Both the position numbers and the translations under genes were made by a program. A stretch of 64,000 bases of DNA from Gammaproteobacteria bacterium. Lineage in GTDB: Bacteria > Pseudomonadota > Gammaproteobacteria > Nevskiales > Nevskiaceae. Position 1 is the stretch's first letter, and each line of letters starts with the position of its first letter. Below are positions 59,787 to 64,000 of the stretch, piece by piece. The notes beneath the pieces are model-generated. The model was not told the DNA's origin, ran no database searches, and was given only the letters and a program-made list of their open reading frames with translations. The stretch spans positions 4,940 to 68,939 of the forward strand of contig JAGWMX010000002.1 of NCBI GenBank assembly GCA_028871525.1, in the 5' to 3' direction.

Positions 59787-61436
59787 TCATCGCGACATCG
59801 GGATCTTGACCCTCCGACCGCGCGCGCAGTCGATGGCCTCCGGATAGCCGGCATCGGCGTGGCGTGCGACGCCGAGGCCGGGGTCCGCCGTGAGCACCCG
59901 TTCCAGACGGCGTGTAGCTTCGGGCGTTCCGTCGGCCACGATCACCTGCCCGGCGTGAATCGAGTAGCCGATGCCGACGCCGCCGCCGTGATGGATGGAA
60001 ACCCAGGAGGCGCCGGCTGCGGTATTGACCAGCGCGTTGAGCAGCGGCCAGTCGGCGATCGCGTCCGAACCGTCGCGCATGCCTTCCGTCTCGCGGTTGG
60101 GGCTGGCCACCGAGCCGGCGTCCAGGTGGTCGCGGCCGATCACGATCGGCGCCTGCAGCTCGCCGCTGGCCACCATCTCGTTGAACCGGAGACCGGCCCT
60201 GGCGCGCTCGCCGTAGCCCAGCCAGCAGATGCGCGCCGGCAGACCCTGGAAGCGCACGCGCTCGCGTGCCATTTTCAGCCAGCGCTGCAGGTGCGCATCC
60301 TCGGGGAACAGTTCGGCCACCGCCGCGTCGGTCCGGTGGATATCCTGCGGGTCTCCGGACAGCGCCACCCAGCGGAACGGCCCCTTGCCCTCGCAGAACA
60401 GCGGCCGGACATAGGCCGGCACGAAACCAGGATAGGCGAAGGCGTCCTCGACGCCCGCGTCCAGCGCGCGCTGGCGCAAGTTGTTGCCGTAGTCGAAGAC
60501 CACCGCCCCGCGCTTTTGCCATTCGAGCAATACGCGCACGTGCGTGGCGATCGAGGCCAGCACCCGGCGCTGATAATCCCCGGCGTCGCGCTCGCGCAGC
60601 GCATCGGCCTGCGGCAGCGTGAGACCGGCCGGAATGTAGCCGCGCAGCGGATCGTGCGCCGAGGTCTGGTCGGTGGCCACGTCCGGCACCACGCCGCGCT
60701 CGAGCATCGCCGGCAGCACCTCGGCGGCGTTGCCGCATAGCGCGATCGAGCGCGGCTGGCCGGCCTCCTGCGCGGCGTGCGCCCAGCTCAGCGCCTGGTC
60801 GAGATTCTCCGCCAGGCAGTCCACCTGCTCGAGCTTCAGCCGCCGCTGGATACGCCAGGGATCGACCTCGACGAACAGGCCCACGCCGTCGTTGAGCGTC
60901 ACCGCCAACGGCTGCGCGCCGCCCATCTCGCCCAGGCCGGCCGTGACCACCAGCCGTCCCTTGAGCGAACCCCAGCCGTGCTTGCGCGCCAGCGCACCGA
61001 AGGTCTCGTAGGTGCCCTGCAGAATGCCCTGCGTGCCGATGTAGATCCAGGATCCGGCGGTCATCTGCCCGAACATCGTCAGACCGGCCGCTTCCCAGCG
61101 GTCGAAGTTCTCCTGCGTGGCCCAGTGCGGCACCAGGTTGGCGTTGGCGATCAGCACCCGCGGCGCATCGGCATGCGTTTTAAACACCGCCACCGGCTTG
61201 CCGGACGCCACCAGCAACGTCTCGTCCGCTTCGAGTTTTTTCAGCGATTCGAGAATCGCCTCGAAACAGTCCCAGTTGCGCGCCGCCTTGCCGCGGCCGC
61301 CGTAGACGATCAGGTTGTCCGGATCGAACGCCACCTCTGGATCGAGGTTGTTCTGGATCATCCGGTAGGCCGCCTCGATCTGCCAGTTGCGGCAGGTCAG
61401 CCGCGTGCCGCGCGGCGCACGGATCTGATGCTTCAT
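59787..61436 (-). CDS. hutU: Urocanate hydratase
   Basis: 549 aa with N-terminus [32 protein letters not shown], highly conserved. Confidence 0.92.
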   Translation of the reverse strand: MKHQIRAPRGTRLTCRNWQIEAAYRMIQNNLDPEVAFDPDNLIVYGGRGKAARNWDCFEAILESLKKLEADETLLVASGKPVAVFKTHADAPRVLIANANLVPHWATQENFDRWEAAGLTMFGQMTAGSWIYIGTQGILQGTYETFGALARKHGWGSLKGRLVVTAGLGEMGGAQPLAVTLNDGVGLFVEVDPWRIQRRLKLEQVDCLAENLDQALSWAHAAQEAGQPRSIALCGNAAEVLPAMLERGVVPDVATDQTSAHDPLRGYIPAGLTLPQADALRERDAGDYQRRVLASIATHVRVLLEWQKRGAVVFDYGNNLRQRALDAGVEDAFAYPGFVPAYVRPLFCEGKGPFRWVALSGDPQDIHRTDAAVAELFPEDAHLQRWLKMARERVRFQGLPARICWLGYGERARAGLRFNEMVASGELQAPIVIGRDHLDAGSVASPNRETEGMRDGSDAIADWPLLNALVNTAAGASWVSIHHGGGVGIGYSIHAGQVIVADGTPEATRRLERVLTADPGLGVARHADAGYPEAIDCARGRRVKIPMSR

Positions 61437-61546
61437 CGCTTTCCTCCACGCGCCGACTGGCGGCGCGGCGAATTCGTTTCACCCAAACAGGATTTTTACG
61501 GCACTATCGATTTTCATTTGAACCCATTCCCTCGATAAATTCGATT

Positions 61547-62506
61547 TCATGCAGCTTGCGCCAGCGCCGCCAGGTAATGCCAGAGGGCGACGGCGACCAG
61601 CCGCGCGGTGCGGCCGTCCACGTCGAAAGCGGGGTTGGTCTCGGAAAATTCGATGATGCGGGTGCGCGGCTCGGCGCCGGCGGTACGCGCCAGCCAGCAG
61701 AACTCCGCGGCGCGCAGACCGGAAGGATTGACCGCCGATACGCCGGGTGCGTCGGCAGCGCTTACCGCGTCGAGATCGAAACCCCAGAACAGCGCCGCGG
61801 CCTGCGCCGGCGGTCCACCGAGCAGAGCGCGCAGGCTCGCCGCCAGGCCGCGCCCGCGCAGTTCGCCGAGACTGACGAGATTGGCGCCGAGACCGCGCAG
61901 TTCGCTCTCGTAGCCGGCGGCGTTGGCAAACGGCTGCCAGCCGAGCACGGTGTAGCGGCGCGGATCCAGATGTCCGCCTTCGACCAGTTGCCGGTACGGC
62001 GTACCGCTGTTGCACGGCGTATCGGTGCGGAAATCGAAGTGCGCATCGACGTTGATCGCGGCGACCGGCGGGCTCGCGCCGGCCAGCGCCGAAGCATCGG
62101 GAAACGACACGTCGTTGCCGCCACCGAGTATGACGACGCGCTTGCCGACCGCCAGCAGCGCGGCCACGATCTCGCGCTGGCGCATGTGACTTTCCTCCAG
62201 CGTCGGCGCCGGCCTCAAGTCGCCGAGGTCGCAGAGCTTGAGGTTGTCGATGCGATTGGGCGTCAACCGGTAGAACCAGCGCCGCACTTCGGCCGGCGCG
62301 CGCGCGGCGCCGACGCGGCCGCGGTTGCGCGCCACGCCTTCGTCCACCGGATAGCCGAGCAGCACGACGTCGGCAGCAGCCAGCGCCTGCGGTCCGCGCC
62401 CCACCCGTTCGCCCAGGCGCGGATCGCGCGGATCCTCGCGGCGATAAAACAGCTCTTCGGCAGCCGCCTGCAGGTATCGGGCGGCCGGATCGTCCGGCGT
62501 CGGCAT
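61547..62506 (-). CDS. hutG: Arginase-family formimidoylglutamase
   Basis: Ureohydrolase metal motifs (GGGNDVS, NVDAHFD, GFDLDAV). The function is assigned from its position upstream of hutU. Confidence 0.7.
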   Translation of the reverse strand: MPTPDDPAARYLQAAAEELFYRREDPRDPRLGERVGRGPQALAAADVVLLGYPVDEGVARNRGRVGAARAPAEVRRWFYRLTPNRIDNLKLCDLGDLRPAPTLEESHMRQREIVAALLAVGKRVVILGGGNDVSFPDASALAGASPPVAAINVDAHFDFRTDTPCNSGTPYRQLVEGGHLDPRRYTVLGWQPFANAAGYESELRGLGANLVSLGELRGRGLAASLRALLGGPPAQAAALFWGFDLDAVSAADAPGVSAVNPSGLRAAEFCWLARTAGAEPRTRIIEFSETNPAFDVDGRTARLVAVALWHYLAALAQAA

Positions 62507-62528
62507 CGGCGCAGTATAAGCTGGCGCC

Positions 62529-63236
62529 TCAGCGCTTCGACGCCAGCTTCATCTCCAGCGTCGGCCCGTCATCCCGCTTCTGCAGCGCCTTGACCGGCAT
62601 CCAGTCGAGCGCCGGCGCCGCCCAGAAGCGCACCACCTTGTGCGGGTTGTCGATGCGCTCGACGATCACCGTGTCGAAGCTGCCGAACGGCACCGTCACC
62701 CGGTCGCGACCGGTGATGCGAAAGACGTCGGTCTGGATGTTGTGGTCGTCGACCAGCACGAATTCGCCATCGTCGGCAACCGGAGCAGCCTGCGCCTGCG
62801 CGATCGCCCACAGCCGCACCGCCTGCTGCAGCGACAACGGATCCACAGCGCCCTTGGGCAGCGCCCGCGGGCCATTGCGACCGCCGCTGACGACGTCGTT
62901 GTTCCAGTCGAAGCGTAGCGTGTAGTTTTTGCCGGCGCCGGACGAGACCATCTGCCGCGGCACGATATGGCCGGCGCGCACGCAGAACCACGCGCGCTGC
63001 TGCGGCGAGCCGTAGAAGATGGACACCAGCGCGCCCGGGTGGGTCAACGAGTCGTAGGTATAGCAGTCCGGACCGGACGGGTCGGGCGCGAGCCGGAATT
63101 CCGTCTGGCCGACGCCGACACCGCCCCAGGAGACGTCGTAGAACAGATCGAGCTGCGGCAGCTTGGGTTCGTCGGCATGCGCCAGCGCTGCCGCCGACAG
63201 CAGCACCAGCAACGCACCCGCGGTGGTTTTTTTCAT
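62529..63236 (-). CDS. DUF3108-like secreted protein
   Basis: Signal peptide present. It is ATGA-coupled to the purN stop, and I recall the purN-DUF3108 synteny from Xanthomonadaceae. Confidence 0.6.
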   Translation of the reverse strand: MKKTTAGALLVLLSAAALAHADEPKLPQLDLFYDVSWGGVGVGQTEFRLAPDPSGPDCYTYDSLTHPGALVSIFYGSPQQRAWFCVRAGHIVPRQMVSSGAGKNYTLRFDWNNDVVSGGRNGPRALPKGAVDPLSLQQAVRLWAIAQAQAAPVADDGEFVLVDDHNIQTDVFRITGRDRVTVPFGSFDTVIVERIDNPHKVVRFWAAPALDWMPVKALQKRDDGPTLEMKLASKR

Positions 63237-63922
63237 CGGAACTCCGGCTCCAGGTCACTCAGCGTCAGCGGCGCCGTCAGCACACGGCCGCGGAACACGG
63301 CGCGTCCGCCGTCCTGCCACAGCTCGCCGCGCGCCCACCAGCTAGCCGCCTGCGGATAGATCTTCAATTCCACCTGTTCCAGCACCTTTTGCGCAAGTCT
63401 GTCTTCGTCATCGTCCGCGGCCACGCTTAAGGCGCCCTGAATCACCCGTGGTCCGCCGTCCACGGCGGCGGTGACGAAGTGCACCGTGGCGCCATGGCGC
63501 CGGCTGCCGGCGGCCAGTGCGCGACGATGCGTATGCAGGCCGGGATGATCCGGCAGCAGCGACGGATGAATGTTCAGCATCCGGCCGTGCCAGGCGGCGA
63601 CGAAGCCCGGCGTCAGCACGCGCATGAAGCCGGCCAGCAGCAGGCCCTGCGCGCCGTGTGCGCGCAACACCGCATCCATTGCGGCGTCGAAAGCGTCGCG
63701 ACCGGGGTAACGGCGGTGATCCAGAGCCACGGTCGGCACCGCATCGCCGCCGCACCGCTCCAGCGCCGCCGCCTTCGGGTCACTGCTGAGCACCAGCGCC
63801 GGCCGGGCGGCGATGCGGCCGTCGGCCATCGCCGCCAGCAACGCCTGCGCGTTGCAGCCGCGGCCGGAAACCAACACCGCCAGCCGCCGCGGCGCGGATC
63901 GTCGCAATGCCGCCGCATTCAA
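63233..63922 (-). CDS. purN: Phosphoribosylglycinamide formyltransferase
   Basis: Motifs LAVLVSGRGCNAQAL and NIHPSLLP. A TTG start at 63922 overlaps the purM stop; the exact start is uncertain. Confidence 0.85.
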   Translation of the reverse strand: MNAAALRRSAPRRLAVLVSGRGCNAQALLAAMADGRIAARPALVLSSDPKAAALERCGGDAVPTVALDHRRYPGRDAFDAAMDAVLRAHGAQGLLLAGFMRVLTPGFVAAWHGRMLNIHPSLLPDHPGLHTHRRALAAGSRRHGATVHFVTAAVDGGPRVIQGALSVAADDDEDRLAQKVLEQVELKIYPQAASWWARGELWQDGGRAVFRGRVLTAPLTLSDLEPEFR

Positions 63923-64000
63923 GCGTAAACGACGCCGGATTCGGCACCCGCTGCGGCGGCCACGATCTCGCCGAGACGCCAGGCGCGCTCGCCCTGGGTC
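63919..64000 (-). CDS. purM: Phosphoribosylformylglycinamidine cyclo-ligase, C-terminal end (partial, runs off the window)
   Basis: The reverse frame reads ..TQGERAWRLGEIVAAAAGAESGVVYA* and ends at the TGA at 63919-63921, upstream of purN. Only 26 codons are visible. Confidence 0.5.
   Translation of the reverse strand, partial: TQGERAWRLGEIVAAAAGAESGVVYA

Overview
This is a high-GC (about 70% in hand-counted samples) proteobacterial chromosomal segment. Gene content suggests a Xanthomonadales-like gammaproteobacterium (CopL/CopM-type copper genes, purM-purN-DUF3108 synteny); that placement is inference. Most of the window is ordinary core metabolism. This includes three large secreted metallopeptidases with hemJ, guaBA, xseA, ilvA, ettA, an acetolactate-synthase-like gene, a 7TM-GGDEF cyclase and putP. 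It also includes prolyl oligopeptidase, an OYE reductase, a trans-sulfuration enzyme, the hutHIU plus formimidoylglutamase operon, and purN/purM. I found no rRNA, tRNA or CRISPR array. Two accessory patches stand out. (1) At 9.25-15.3 kb, a lower-GC insertion abuts the 3' end of guaA and is bounded by an IS4-type transposase remnant and a group-II-intron-type RT remnant. It carries only two large genes, an AEP (PrimPol-like) primase fused to an SF2 helicase and a SWIM/SNF2 ATPase. This pair is my top candidate for an uncharacterised conflict/defence system. (2) At 38.9-46.5 kb there is a decayed metal-resistance and IS mosaic. It holds copL, truncated copA and copB, a CopM-like cytochrome c, a His-rich-tailed DMT transporter, a permease cut by an IS66 end, and an IS256 fragment. 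A dehydratase gene there is flanked by 59-bp direct repeats. A five-gene lipid operon at 22-27.9 kb (FAAL, SDR, ACP, Spt-like, GNAT-like) resembles the bacterial ceramide pathway. All calls rest on reading the translations; no database search was run.
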